Below, in pieces: positions 28,861-38,064 of a stretch of 64,000 bases of DNA. The position numbers and the translations under genes are program-made. The stretch spans positions 1-64,000 of the IMG/VR virus record IMGVR_UViG_3300034072_001021; one strand, written 5' to 3'. The notes under the pieces were generated by a model. That model was not told where the DNA came from. It was given only the letters and a program-made list of their open reading frames with translations, and searched no databases. Position 1 is the stretch's first letter, and the number at the start of each line of letters is the position of its first letter.

Positions 28861-30660
28861 ATGCGTTCTTTAATTCTTGCTTCTGCGGCCAGGTTTATTG
28901 GTGGCTTTAAGCTAGCACCTTTGGCAAATCAATGGTCGTTTCATGACAACGAACCAATCGACGATGTAAGTGAAAAGTTCTTTTCGTATGTCGTCAATCC
29001 GACATCGTATTCACCGTATGGTTACGTATCTGGTCAACGCATTGTTGAAAACGATGACAACTACGGAACTAACTTGGCAATTGATTTCGCGCCAGGCCAG
29101 AACGAACCTTTCTGCATTCAGTGTAAGTTCAGATTGACTGCAATAAACACCGCTTATCAGGCAGGCGTCATCGCAAGGTGGCATGATACCGATACTACTC
29201 AGCGCAGCTGGGGACTTTGGATCTGGAATGACGGCAAGATCCAGTTCTCCATCTCCAATGACGGTACTGATACAAATGTGTACTGGCTGACGAGCGCGCC
29301 TGGCTTGGTTCAGATGAACCGCAATTATCATGTTGCTGTCGAACGAAATGCAGCTAATCAAATCACCATTTACTTGGATGGCATCGCGGTTGCAAGCGGA
29401 GTCGATGGACGTGAAGCATATTCTGAGTCCACCGCTTTAGTGGCTGTGCGGCGCGGTGTGCTAGGCAGTGTATGGGATATGAAGCTCTCCAAAGAGGTCG
29501 TCTTTGGCGCACCGTTTGGATCTAATGTACCAGGTAAATTTGGTAAGATCACCGAAGCACAGCGTCAGAAATACACTGACGCAATCGCTGCAGATATTGT
29601 TTATCAAATGACTGGTCGCCGCAGCTCCAGTGTTAACGAGAAGAACGGCACCCCGATGGTGCTAAACAAGAGCAATATGTACAACGGTAAGTTGTTCGTA
29701 TCCAACTTGAATGGGACGGCCTATTACTCGGCTCCGGTCGATTACTTCGGTGCCGGTGACTTTACGCTGGAGTGTAAACTTACCGTCGAATCGAGCATCA
29801 ATGGCGACGGCCTACTTGTGATGTCGCATTGGTACAATGGCGGCGTGACAAACAACAATAACCGATGGATTGTCTGTATTTTGCCTAATGGCGCTATACA
29901 GGTGGTATTTGCTAGATCTGGAGTCGCGGGTGATTACACTGCTCGCGTTACGGCCGCTGGAACCATCGTCCAGAACAAGCGATATCACATAGTTGTAGAA
30001 CGCTATAACGGCATCATTAAGCTTTTCGTGAATGGTGTTGAAAAACTATCGTGGAGTCAACCGGAACCACTGTGGGCAACTTCTGGGAATAAGATTTCCA
30101 ATACGTTCAATGGATCGTCATACGCCCAACATCGTATCTGGGATATTCGGATTGCTAAGCGAGCGATGTATAAACATGTCTCTCCGAAGCGTGTCGAGTC
30201 TTTCCCCAAAATGCCGGTTGACTGGAGAACGCAGAAGCCAACTCATCGGTTGATCGTAGGCTCTAATGACGTAGCCAATGGAAGTGTGGTGTATAGGGGA
30301 TTTGCTAAGCATTTCCTCTATGGCTCCTCTACGGTTTCGTTTGGAGAACTGCCGCACGAACTCTATTACAACACTCAGACCGGTAAGGTCATGCGCATTG
30401 TGGCGCTGATCCATCAGACAAATGGACATATCTTGTTTGCACTTAAGGAATCCAATGAACCATACGTTCAAGGGATGCCGACCATGACAAACAAGATCAA
30501 GATTGCAGGCGGTCCTACGGTTGACTTTGATCTAGGGATTGCGTTGCCGGCTGCCACAGATCCGACAATATTGGCAAGAAGCTTCGGTAAAGACAATGTC
30601 GCAAACTGGGCTACAGCGTTTGCAACTGACGAGACTGAAGTATCGTTCTCGTTTGTATAA
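28861..30660 (+). CDS. two-LamG-domain tail/receptor-binding protein
   Basis: Two ConA-like repeats (NYHVAVERN...TIYLDG; RYHIVVERYNG..KLFVNG). Confidence 0.8.
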   Translation: MRSLILASAARFIGGFKLAPLANQWSFHDNEPIDDVSEKFFSYVVNPTSYSPYGYVSGQRIVENDDNYGTNLAIDFAPGQNEPFCIQCKFRLTAINTAYQAGVIARWHDTDTTQRSWGLWIWNDGKIQFSISNDGTDTNVYWLTSAPGLVQMNRNYHVAVERNAANQITIYLDGIAVASGVDGREAYSESTALVAVRRGVLGSVWDMKLSKEVVFGAPFGSNVPGKFGKITEAQRQKYTDAIAADIVYQMTGRRSSSVNEKNGTPMVLNKSNMYNGKLFVSNLNGTAYYSAPVDYFGAGDFTLECKLTVESSINGDGLLVMSHWYNGGVTNNNNRWIVCILPNGAIQVVFARSGVAGDYTARVTAAGTIVQNKRYHIVVERYNGIIKLFVNGVEKLSWSQPEPLWATSGNKISNTFNGSSYAQHRIWDIRIAKRAMYKHVSPKRVESFPKMPVDWRTQKPTHRLIVGSNDVANGSVVYRGFAKHFLYGSSTVSFGELPHELYYNTQTGKVMRIVALIHQTNGHILFALKESNEPYVQGMPTMTNKIKIAGGPTVDFDLGIALPAATDPTILARSFGKDNVANWATAFATDETEVSFSFV

Positions 30661-30690
30661 CTGTCCTTGATTTAAATTCATGAGGTAAAC

Positions 30691-31344
30691 ATGGCTATTC
30701 AAAGACTTCTGGCTGCTGCACAGACCAGACTGAGGAAATCGTTCCCCAGTGGACTTAAGTACTGGTGGAAACTCCAGACTGATTACGCTGACTCGGTTGG
30801 TGGCAAGAACGGTACTCCTTCAGGTTCTCTGAGTTTTGTTACTCATCTTGGTCGGAAGGCACTTAGACTCGTTCCGAATGGTGGCTGGGTGACGATCCCC
30901 AACTTGACATTCGGTAACCAACCATGGACTTTGAGTCTCTGGTATGCTCCGGTGGACATGAGTGTTTATCATCACTTGCTGAGCAGTGAAGATCACGCCA
31001 CACTGCTGTTCAAAATCGCTCGTAGTGATGATCCTAATGCGGGTAAATCTTACGTTTACGCCGCATCTGCACTTCCCGCTGGAAGCAAGTTTTCCAGCAT
31101 TGTTGTGCCTTCTGGTGTATGGACTCTCATCACGTATGTTTACGACGGCAGCACATTGAAGTTCTACTTCAATAACGTTCTGCGTGGTTCTTCGCCAGTG
31201 ACCATGAACGCTCCTGCGCGTAATTTCCGAATTGGCTACGGTAACGCTGGCGAATACTCGAAGGGTTATCAATCCGATGTACGGATCTTCGACCGTGCCC
31301 TGACTGTTCAAGAGATTGAGCAGATCATGAACACTGTTCAATGA
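30691..31344 (+). CDS. LamG-domain protein
   Basis: WTLSLWY, WTLITYVYDGSTLKFYFN, SDVRIFDRALT..EI. Confidence 0.82.
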   Translation: MAIQRLLAAAQTRLRKSFPSGLKYWWKLQTDYADSVGGKNGTPSGSLSFVTHLGRKALRLVPNGGWVTIPNLTFGNQPWTLSLWYAPVDMSVYHHLLSSEDHATLLFKIARSDDPNAGKSYVYAASALPAGSKFSSIVVPSGVWTLITYVYDGSTLKFYFNNVLRGSSPVTMNAPARNFRIGYGNAGEYSKGYQSDVRIFDRALTVQEIEQIMNTVQ

Positions 31345-31349
31345 TACGG

Positions 31350-31382
31350 CATACAGGCAGGGACGATGTCCCTGCCTGTATG
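31350..31382. terminator. bidirectional stem-loop between convergent genes
   Basis: CATACAGGCAGGGAC-GAT-GTCCCTGCCTGTATG, 15-bp perfect stem. Confidence 0.8.
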
Positions 31383-31384
31383 GT

Positions 31385-33397
31385 TTATGCCGCGAGTGCG
31401 GCTTGCACTACAGTGTTTTCACCGACCACGAAGTTACTAACGTAACGTCCACGACCTTGAGTAGCGCGAACACGAGCGATATTCATCCGATAACCAGCTG
31501 CAGCCTCTGCAGCGATGTTGTAACCGATTTGAATATTGCCATTGTAGTCGGCTACGCGTGTCATGGCTGCCTGGGCAACTAAACTACCATCGACGTACAG
31601 GTAAGCTGTACCTGACCGAATTGAGACGGCTACATGATGCCACTGACTGTCGGCAATCACTGTAGATGACTCGATGTAAACACCACTACGAACGAAGAAC
31701 ACAGCTTTACCGTTAGCGATACCCAGCATCCACGACCCTGCAGTGCTTGCATGATACTGACCAACGATAGGCATTGCTGTCACACCCATGTAGTCGGTAT
31801 TGACCCAACCTTCGATCGTACTGTCAACTGCACCCAACATAGCACGAGTGCCGTTGTTATAGTTGATGCCACCGGCAGCCCCAGACTGGACCGTCAACGT
31901 ATCTTGACCGAAAAGTTTACGAGAAGGATCGATCGATACGCCAGCTCGTTGGGAGACGATCTGGAACATATCTACGCCCGCCGACACGTCCTTGCTGAAC
32001 GGGAACATGGCGTTGACCTTAGCGTAGTAAGGATCATACGCTGATTGCACGACCGTACCGTTGGTCGCAAAAGCTGTCTTCATCTTCGGAGTGAAGTTGC
32101 TGTAGTAGCGGCCATCACCACGGGTAATGCGCACCCCAGAAATGAAACCAGTGAACTGCTCTGTGGCGTCGTTAGAGGCACCGATAGTTACAGGGATGGT
32201 GCTGGGTTGGATTGCTGCTGTGATTGACACTGTACCAATAAGCTCACCATCTACAAACAGACTAATGGTGTTACCGACACGAGTCGCTGCCAGGTGAGTC
32301 CAGCGGTTAGGTTGGATTGCCGAGCCTGTCACAGGACCAACCACTGTGGTCCATGATGAGTTATTGATGGACGTTCCGATAACAGGCTGCATGTTATTCA
32401 GACCGAGCTTCCATCCACCTGACTGAGCTGCTGTACGACGACCGACCAGGTGGACGTTCCCAGAAATCACTGCTGATGGACGAACCCAACATTCGACGCA
32501 CCATTCCTGAGAACCGAAATCAAACAGACCGTTTTGGTCTGCGCGGTAGTAACTTCCAGCTGAGGCGAACTCCATGCTGGCACTACCGATCTTCTTGGTC
32601 AGTGTACTGATATTGGGCGACCCTACCGCTGTGAGTGTAGCGGCGCTGGCTTGGTTAACCATTGCGCTTCCAGAATGATTCTGGAGAAGCAGAGTGACAT
32701 TAACCCAATAAGGGTCGAAGGATGCCTCAGCGCTGCCGATTTCAAACGGTAAAGTTGGCGGTGTAAAGTTAGCAGTGTAGACGGCTTCTGCCGAAACACG
32801 TACTTGGTCTACTCGACCATTAACGTGATAGTTACCGCCACCGCTGTAGTTACCGACAGTGAACGCAGTATGTGCCAAGCTAGTCGCAAACGTGTTTTGA
32901 CCGCGCATTACACCATCTACATACAGCTGTACCAGACCATTGCGGCGAACAACCGCCATGTGATGCCATTTGCCGACTGTCGGAACGTAGCCAGTTGGGA
33001 TCAGGACTGTTCCCGCGTTACTATTGAGGATAATTTCCCCGTTGTAGTAACGGAGAATGAATCCGTTATTGCCATAATCGAAAATGTACTGGTTACTGGC
33101 CGCCAGACTGTCGAAGTTGACAAACAACTCGATGGTGAAGTCGGTATGGAGTGCAAACGGACTGCCGCCGACAGTGAAGCGAGTACCAGATGCGCAGCGG
33201 AAACACTGACCACCAAATACACCAACACCTATCTGATGACTACGAGCGTTGACGATGGGGTTGCGAGGGTCTACCTGGACACCTTCCTCAACCATGGGCA
33301 TTGCAATTACATTGTCCCAATTACCTACAGCCGGAACGACCTCAGGAGTGCTATTGATAGCATTCATGATAGCCGCCGCAAGAATAATCTTGTTCAT
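31385..33397 (-). CDS. three-LamG-domain tail-associated protein
   Basis: Three ConA-like repeats (DFTIELFV..WHHMAVVR; EWCVECWVRP..WTHLAATR; STIEGWV..WHHVAVS), with DPY...V linkers. Confidence 0.85.
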   Translation of the reverse strand: MNKIILAAAIMNAINSTPEVVPAVGNWDNVIAMPMVEEGVQVDPRNPIVNARSHQIGVGVFGGQCFRCASGTRFTVGGSPFALHTDFTIELFVNFDSLAASNQYIFDYGNNGFILRYYNGEIILNSNAGTVLIPTGYVPTVGKWHHMAVVRRNGLVQLYVDGVMRGQNTFATSLAHTAFTVGNYSGGGNYHVNGRVDQVRVSAEAVYTANFTPPTLPFEIGSAEASFDPYWVNVTLLLQNHSGSAMVNQASAATLTAVGSPNISTLTKKIGSASMEFASAGSYYRADQNGLFDFGSQEWCVECWVRPSAVISGNVHLVGRRTAAQSGGWKLGLNNMQPVIGTSINNSSWTTVVGPVTGSAIQPNRWTHLAATRVGNTISLFVDGELIGTVSITAAIQPSTIPVTIGASNDATEQFTGFISGVRITRGDGRYYSNFTPKMKTAFATNGTVVQSAYDPYYAKVNAMFPFSKDVSAGVDMFQIVSQRAGVSIDPSRKLFGQDTLTVQSGAAGGINYNNGTRAMLGAVDSTIEGWVNTDYMGVTAMPIVGQYHASTAGSWMLGIANGKAVFFVRSGVYIESSTVIADSQWHHVAVSIRSGTAYLYVDGSLVAQAAMTRVADYNGNIQIGYNIAAEAAAGYRMNIARVRATQGRGRYVSNFVVGENTVVQAALAA

Positions 33398-33439
33398 CTA
33401 GTGATGACCTCTTAAAGATGATGGAAATAAACGTTCCCT

Positions 33440-33474
33440 CATAGCATTCGGTCACAGTTAGCGACAATCCTATG
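33440..33474. promoter_or_regulatory. divergent TATG late-promoter candidates
   Basis: TATG on - at 33440-43 and on + at 33471-74 between divergent structural genes; TATG overlapping the TSS is the established phiKZ nvRNAP late consensus. Confidence 0.4.
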
Positions 33475-33503
33475 ACATGAATCCTCTTTCCGTTAATGGA
33501 GTA

Positions 33504-34667
33504 ATGAAAATGTCTGGAGATACTCCGGCAACAACTGTCGCAGCAATCAATCGATTTTTCACCAGTCTGATGAATCGTCTGGCTGGCAAGCTAGATTCCG
33601 ACGCCCCTGCTGTGGCAGCTGCTAAACTGACTGACCCTTTTGATGTCGTCCTTCAAGGGGATGCCAGTGCAACCGGGAGTACTGATGGTTCTGATACGCT
33701 GACTCTGACGTTGGCTTTGGCTAATAGCGGTGTCAGTGCTGGTCAATACGGTGCCAACAACAAGATTCCGGTAGTGACTCTCGATGCCAAAGGTCGTGTA
33801 GTCTCTGCCCAAGAAGTCACTGCAAGAAGCGCTATTCAAGAATACGCAACCCCGGCCAACTTCCCAGCTACCGGCGAAGAGAATCTTCTCTACATCGCAA
33901 CAGTCGGTGGTTATCGCAACTTCTTTGTCTGGGGTGGGACTGCATACGTTAATATCACGTCCACTCTGGCAGTAGCTCAGTTGGCAGATGAAGCCACCAA
34001 GCTTGCCGATCCTGTTTCTATTAGCATCACTGGTGACGCTTCCTGGACAATTTCGTTTGATGGCTCCGCTAACCAGTCGGCAGCATTGACACTGGCTAAC
34101 ACCGGGGTAACTCCCGGCACGTACGCCAAGATGACAGTCGACGCTAAAGGTCGTGTTACCGCAGGGTCGGCTCTGGTGGCTGCAGACATCCCGTCTCTGG
34201 ATGCCAGTAAAGTAAATTCAGGTGTGTTTGATTCTGCTCGAATTCCAACCCTGAATCAGAACACCACCGGAACTGCAGCCAGTGCTGCAAAATGGACAAC
34301 TCCACGATCACTGACCATCACTGGTGATGGCAGTTGGACAATCTCTATTGACGGTTCTGCGGACGCATCTGCAGCATTTACCTTGGCTAATTCTGGTGTA
34401 GTCGCTGGAACTTATTCAAAAGTGACAGTGGATGCCAAAGGCCGTGTTACGGTAGGTGGCGCGCTGACCGCCGCAGACATTCCTTCACTCGACGCTAGCA
34501 AGATTGGTTCTGGTTCCATTCCGGTTAGTCGTGGCGGTACTGGTGGTACTGATCAGGCCACAGGCCGTGCCGGCCTTGGCATTGGCAGCATGGCCACTCG
34601 TAACGTGACTATCAGTACTGCTGGTCCTTCGGGCGGAGCTGACGGTGACGTCTGGTTCCAGTACTAA
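33504..34667 (+). CDS. second tail fibre protein
   Basis: Same KVTVDAKGRV/DIPSLDASK repeats as 22860..24446; ends STAGPSGGADGDVWFQY; start 33504 or 33510. Confidence 0.85.
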   Translation: MKMSGDTPATTVAAINRFFTSLMNRLAGKLDSDAPAVAAAKLTDPFDVVLQGDASATGSTDGSDTLTLTLALANSGVSAGQYGANNKIPVVTLDAKGRVVSAQEVTARSAIQEYATPANFPATGEENLLYIATVGGYRNFFVWGGTAYVNITSTLAVAQLADEATKLADPVSISITGDASWTISFDGSANQSAALTLANTGVTPGTYAKMTVDAKGRVTAGSALVAADIPSLDASKVNSGVFDSARIPTLNQNTTGTAASAAKWTTPRSLTITGDGSWTISIDGSADASAAFTLANSGVVAGTYSKVTVDAKGRVTVGGALTAADIPSLDASKIGSGSIPVSRGGTGGTDQATGRAGLGIGSMATRNVTISTAGPSGGADGDVWFQY

Positions 34668-34677
34668 GGAGTTATAG

Positions 34678-35169
34678 ATGAAAGCTAGAGTAGCTGGAGT
34701 CTGGAGAAACGCACTCAATCTCTACGCTCGTGTAGCTGGATCGTGGAGACAGGTGCGTTATCAGTACGTGCGAGTTGCAGGTGTGTGGCGCAGAGCGTAC
34801 AGGGCCGACAATGCCCTGTACGACGGCAACATCACCATGGGTTACACCAACTTTGCTGGTGTGGATAACTGGGGATTCAGTAACGGTAACTATGGCTCTG
34901 CCAGTCCGACAACACTGAAAGACGGAACCGCTCTGTTACTGGCTCAGGTGGCCAATGATTCTAGGGGCGCATACGGTCCTAGGCGCTGGCTCCAGATTGG
35001 CATTCCTGGTAACGTGCCAGCTCCAGATATCAACAAGGCCATTTTCGGCGGGATCACCAGCGTAGCTGTTGTGTCCGTTACTTACGTCTCAGCATTCAAC
35101 CTGACTGAGATCATTCTTGGGTTCAATAGTCAGCTCCCCAACACCGGGACTGTCAGTCTTAAATTCTGA
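34678..35169 (+). CDS. putative fibre-tip/adhesin protein
   Basis: N-terminal triple RVAG.WR repeat directly after a fibre ending GDVWFQY. Confidence 0.6.
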   Translation: MKARVAGVWRNALNLYARVAGSWRQVRYQYVRVAGVWRRAYRADNALYDGNITMGYTNFAGVDNWGFSNGNYGSASPTTLKDGTALLLAQVANDSRGAYGPRRWLQIGIPGNVPAPDINKAIFGGITSVAVVSVTYVSAFNLTEIILGFNSQLPNTGTVSLKF

Positions 35170-35179
35170 GGTCTAGTCA

Positions 35180-35764
35180 ATGTACTTCTCTCCCTCTCAA
35201 TTGGGCTTCTTTGACAGTCCTGCGTTTGCTGATTGCAAACAGGTCAGCGATGAAGTCCATAATGCTGTAATGGACATGGTGTCCCAGGGCGGTCAAATTG
35301 CTGCTGACGAGAACGGCGATCCGGTTGCAGTTCCTCCTGCTTCAGCTGCACCGACAACCATCCAAGACGTATTCGATGCCAAGCTGAAACAATGCAATGC
35401 AGATTACGAACAGGCAGTCGCTGCGCTTCGTGGTGAATATCCTTTCTCCGAGACTACCACTTGGCCCGTCCAGATCAAAGAAGCTCAAGATTACGCTGCG
35501 TGGCGTGCTGCTGGATCTGTCGGAAACCCTCCGGCTACGCCGTTCCTGACCGATCTCAGTAACGAGCGTGATGCACGTGATGTTGGTGCTGGGTTGGAAG
35601 ATCTGGTTGATCGTGTGATCGCTAACAATGAAATATATGGTCCGGAAATGGCTCGTCTGACAGCTATCCGTCATGATGCTGAACTCGAACTCTACACCGC
35701 ACTAAGTAGCAACAACCAGAGTGCCGTTGAAGCAGTAACTTGGAGTTACGCGCCAGCTCAATGA
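35180..35764 (+). CDS. tail fibre assembly/chaperone protein
   Basis: MYFSPSQLGFF...G.....DENGDPV N-terminus; YP.SE..TW..Q..EA; paralog of 36334..36951. Confidence 0.7.
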   Translation: MYFSPSQLGFFDSPAFADCKQVSDEVHNAVMDMVSQGGQIAADENGDPVAVPPASAAPTTIQDVFDAKLKQCNADYEQAVAALRGEYPFSETTTWPVQIKEAQDYAAWRAAGSVGNPPATPFLTDLSNERDARDVGAGLEDLVDRVIANNEIYGPEMARLTAIRHDAELELYTALSSNNQSAVEAVTWSYAPAQ

Positions 35765-35776
35765 TGCCCTATTCTA

Positions 35777-35920
35777 TGTACAGGTAAAAATCCTGTCTTG
35801 AAGGGGGTGATCCAGCTCGGTTTCTCCGACTGCATCAGCGGCCTCGACGTGAAGTTGACACCCGCAGTCACGGCACCTGTACAGATGACACGTATGGCCA
35901 AGTGCCATACGTGTCATTTT
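35777..35920 (+). ncRNA. candidate small structured RNA with its own terminator
   Basis: TATG at 35775; 9-bp terminal helix TGTACAGGT/ACCTGTACA (35777-85/35875-83); internal helices; 14-bp hairpin 35885-35917 followed by TTT. Confidence 0.45.
35885..35920 (+). terminator. stem-loop terminator
   Basis: ATGACACGTATGGC-CAAGT-GCCATACGTGTCAT, then TTT. Confidence 0.75.
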
Positions 35921-35955
35921 ATGACGTTCAACACAAATACTTACCGAGAATTATC

Positions 35956-36327
35956 ATGAGCGAAACCTCTCTCGAAATGCTCAGAACCAGTCTTGACAGG
36001 TATTTGTCAAGGATAGTCAATACAGCCAAACAAGTTGGTAGAAGGGCATTTAATTCTACTGGACTTATTCCCGAAGGAACCATTAAAGAATGGTACGGGA
36101 TGACCACCTCTTCGAATGGACAGTGGTCTGTTGACATATCGTCGGCCCAGTTTAGCCAGATACTGCACATCGACCCACAGGCAATATATAACGACACCAG
36201 AGACAATCAGCAAGTCACAGCGTCCCTTAATACTGCATCGTTGACCAGCGTGTCAGGACGTGTCATACGCGACGGCAGCAAGGTGGGTGCCAACTGCACA
36301 GTCATGGTGAAGGTAACTGGGAGATAA
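35956..36327 (+). CDS. putative tail-fibre-related protein
   Basis: ATG at 35956 (the listed GTG start lies inside the terminator); beta-rich C-terminus; precedes a chaperone gene. Confidence 0.6.
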   Translation: MSETSLEMLRTSLDRYLSRIVNTAKQVGRRAFNSTGLIPEGTIKEWYGMTTSSNGQWSVDISSAQFSQILHIDPQAIYNDTRDNQQVTASLNTASLTSVSGRVIRDGSKVGANCTVMVKVTGR

Positions 36328-36333
36328 TGTGCT

Positions 36334-36951
36334 ATGTATTTTTTTAATCCAGACGAGAAAGTATTCAATTATGGATCGTCTATCTGGCCAAATGCCGTCG
36401 AGGTCAGTGATGAAACCTATGCCCAATTGATGACGTTATTAAACAACGGATATACGTTATCGGCGGATGTAAACGGATTCCCTGTCGCAATAGCACCGAC
36501 CGAACCTCCACTGATCGATATAACAGAACGTTTTAAAGAACGTCTTAGTATTCTGAACGGTGACTATGAGAGTGCGGTAACCTATCTGAAATCCACGTAT
36601 CCTCCATCTGAAGTAGATACCTGGACTATTCAGATTACCGAAGCAAGAGCCATCTTCAAATGGCTTGAAGATAACCCCACATTGACCATTGATGACATGC
36701 CTGAATCAGTGGCGCCATTCCTGGTTACGTTGAGTGCATCTCGACTTGCTCTAGGTTATCCCAACGGTCTCGAGCATTTGGCTCAGCGGGTCATTGAAAA
36801 TAATGACTTGTTCACTCCCGCACTTACCCAGGTGACTGCGATTCGACATGCCACAGAACGCGAAATGTTGCTCGCCGTGGCTGAAGATGATTTGAGTGCA
36901 CTGAACAATGTGACGTGGTCTTTCCCATGGCCTCCTGTATTGGTCGAATGA
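36334..36951 (+). CDS. tail fibre assembly/chaperone protein
   Basis: NGDYESAVTYLKSTYPPSEVDTWTIQITEA parallels 35180..35764. Confidence 0.7.
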   Translation: MYFFNPDEKVFNYGSSIWPNAVEVSDETYAQLMTLLNNGYTLSADVNGFPVAIAPTEPPLIDITERFKERLSILNGDYESAVTYLKSTYPPSEVDTWTIQITEARAIFKWLEDNPTLTIDDMPESVAPFLVTLSASRLALGYPNGLEHLAQRVIENNDLFTPALTQVTAIRHATEREMLLAVAEDDLSALNNVTWSFPWPPVLVE

Positions 36952-37012
36952 AATAAAAGTCAACGATACATGATGGTGGTGTATTAACCATCATGACCAA
37001 TGGAGGTCATTC

Positions 37013-37387
37013 GTGAAAGAACATGGAATTAACCTCATCGTTGCAGACTCTGCTGAGGAGATTGAGAACCTTCGAGTGATTCTCGGTGTGGGTGCAGTAA
37101 GCTCATTGAAGTCATTCGAACAGATGATCTTTGTCGATCCTGACACGGTCTTCTTCTCGATCCTCAGAAGTAAGTCAGAGATGGAGAAACTGTTTGGTTT
37201 CTTCACTGTCAAACGTGGTGTGATGAGCTACGGTGGTCATCGTGATCTCGTTGGGTTCAACATCGATTGGACGAAGAAGATTCTGGCAGGCAATAAACCT
37301 CAGCCCGAAGTCCGCAAACCAATTGAAATACCCCAGCCTGAAGAGAAAGATGACCCGTATGTTGATCTGGGTTACCATCGTCGATAG
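37013..37387 (+). CDS. hypothetical protein
   Basis: GGAGG SD, GTG start; ATACATGAT motif at 36966. Confidence 0.7.
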   Translation: MKEHGINLIVADSAEEIENLRVILGVGAVSSLKSFEQMIFVDPDTVFFSILRSKSEMEKLFGFFTVKRGVMSYGGHRDLVGFNIDWTKKILAGNKPQPEVRKPIEIPQPEEKDDPYVDLGYHRR

Positions 37388-37389
37388 AA

Positions 37390-37429
37390 CATAGAGACGG
37401 AGCGGGATGACCGCTCCGTCTCTATGCCG
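37390..37429 (+). terminator. conserved-arm stem-loop
   Basis: CATAGAGACGGAGCGG-loop-CCGCTCCGTCTCTATG, 16 bp, then CCG. Confidence 0.8.
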
Positions 37430-37453
37430 CTTCCACTTTAATTTTTTATGGTC

Positions 37454-37462
37454 ATACATTAT
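37454..37462 (+). promoter_or_regulatory. putative promoter motif ATACATTAT
   Basis: ATTTTTTATGGTC-ATACATTAT. Confidence 0.55.
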
Positions 37463-37507
37463 ACTGTTAGAAGAAACACCATAAACCAAAGACCCAAGGG
37501 GAACACT

Positions 37508-38053
37508 ATGTCCGGTAATTACGACACAACCATGATCGAACGAGCGATGAAAGAACTCGAGCAGCCGTCTGGCGCAGAGGATGCTGGTAATCGGGCTCGA
37601 GAAGCTCTCAAACGCCGCGCACAGCAAGCTAAGCGGGCTATGTTCAACCTCTATCTGATCGTGACCACGTTCGTCACGATCTTCGTTATTGGTTTAGGCG
37701 CGTTCACCTACACCGAATTCCAGAAAACCAGCAAATGGGTCACCGACATTCGCCCTTGTCGCTTCGTCGATCCGAAGACTGAACAAGAAATCACCGGTAC
37801 TCGCGAGTACAACTACCAGTCGAAGAGCATCTTCGGTATCGATTACCGTATGTCTGACCAGGTTGAGGTGAAAACCAAGCTTGATCTGAAAGGCGAGGCG
37901 ATGAATATCACCGGTATCAGTAATGACGGATGGTGGTCGCTCTACTCCGACATCGGTGAACGTGGTATTCTGCTTATTAAACCGGCCAGCCTGTACGTAA
38001 TTGCCATGGGCAAGAATACTTATGTCTTTCAGGACAAAGATTTCTGCCGTTAA
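37508..38053 (+). CDS. single-pass membrane protein
   Basis: GGGG SD; TM segment LYLIVTTFVTIFVIGLGAFTY. Confidence 0.75.
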   Translation: MSGNYDTTMIERAMKELEQPSGAEDAGNRAREALKRRAQQAKRAMFNLYLIVTTFVTIFVIGLGAFTYTEFQKTSKWVTDIRPCRFVDPKTEQEITGTREYNYQSKSIFGIDYRMSDQVEVKTKLDLKGEAMNITGISNDGWWSLYSDIGERGILLIKPASLYVIAMGKNTYVFQDKDFCR

Positions 38054-38064
38054 GGAATAGGTAA

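Noticed and set aside
7081-33430. Similar string TTAAAGATG(ATG)GAAAT at 7081 and 33412
   Set aside because: Only two AT-rich occurrences in different orientations relative to genes; likely chance.
31345-33500. Inverted LamG gene as a site-specific invertible (phase-variable) segment
   Set aside because: No inverted repeats flank the gene and no recombinase is in the window; it has a normal convergent terminator and a divergent promoter region.
35777-35800. ACAGGTAAAAATCC resembling the start of a c-di-GMP-I riboswitch
   Set aside because: Lacks the GAAA tetraloop/receptor and the GACGCAAAG core.
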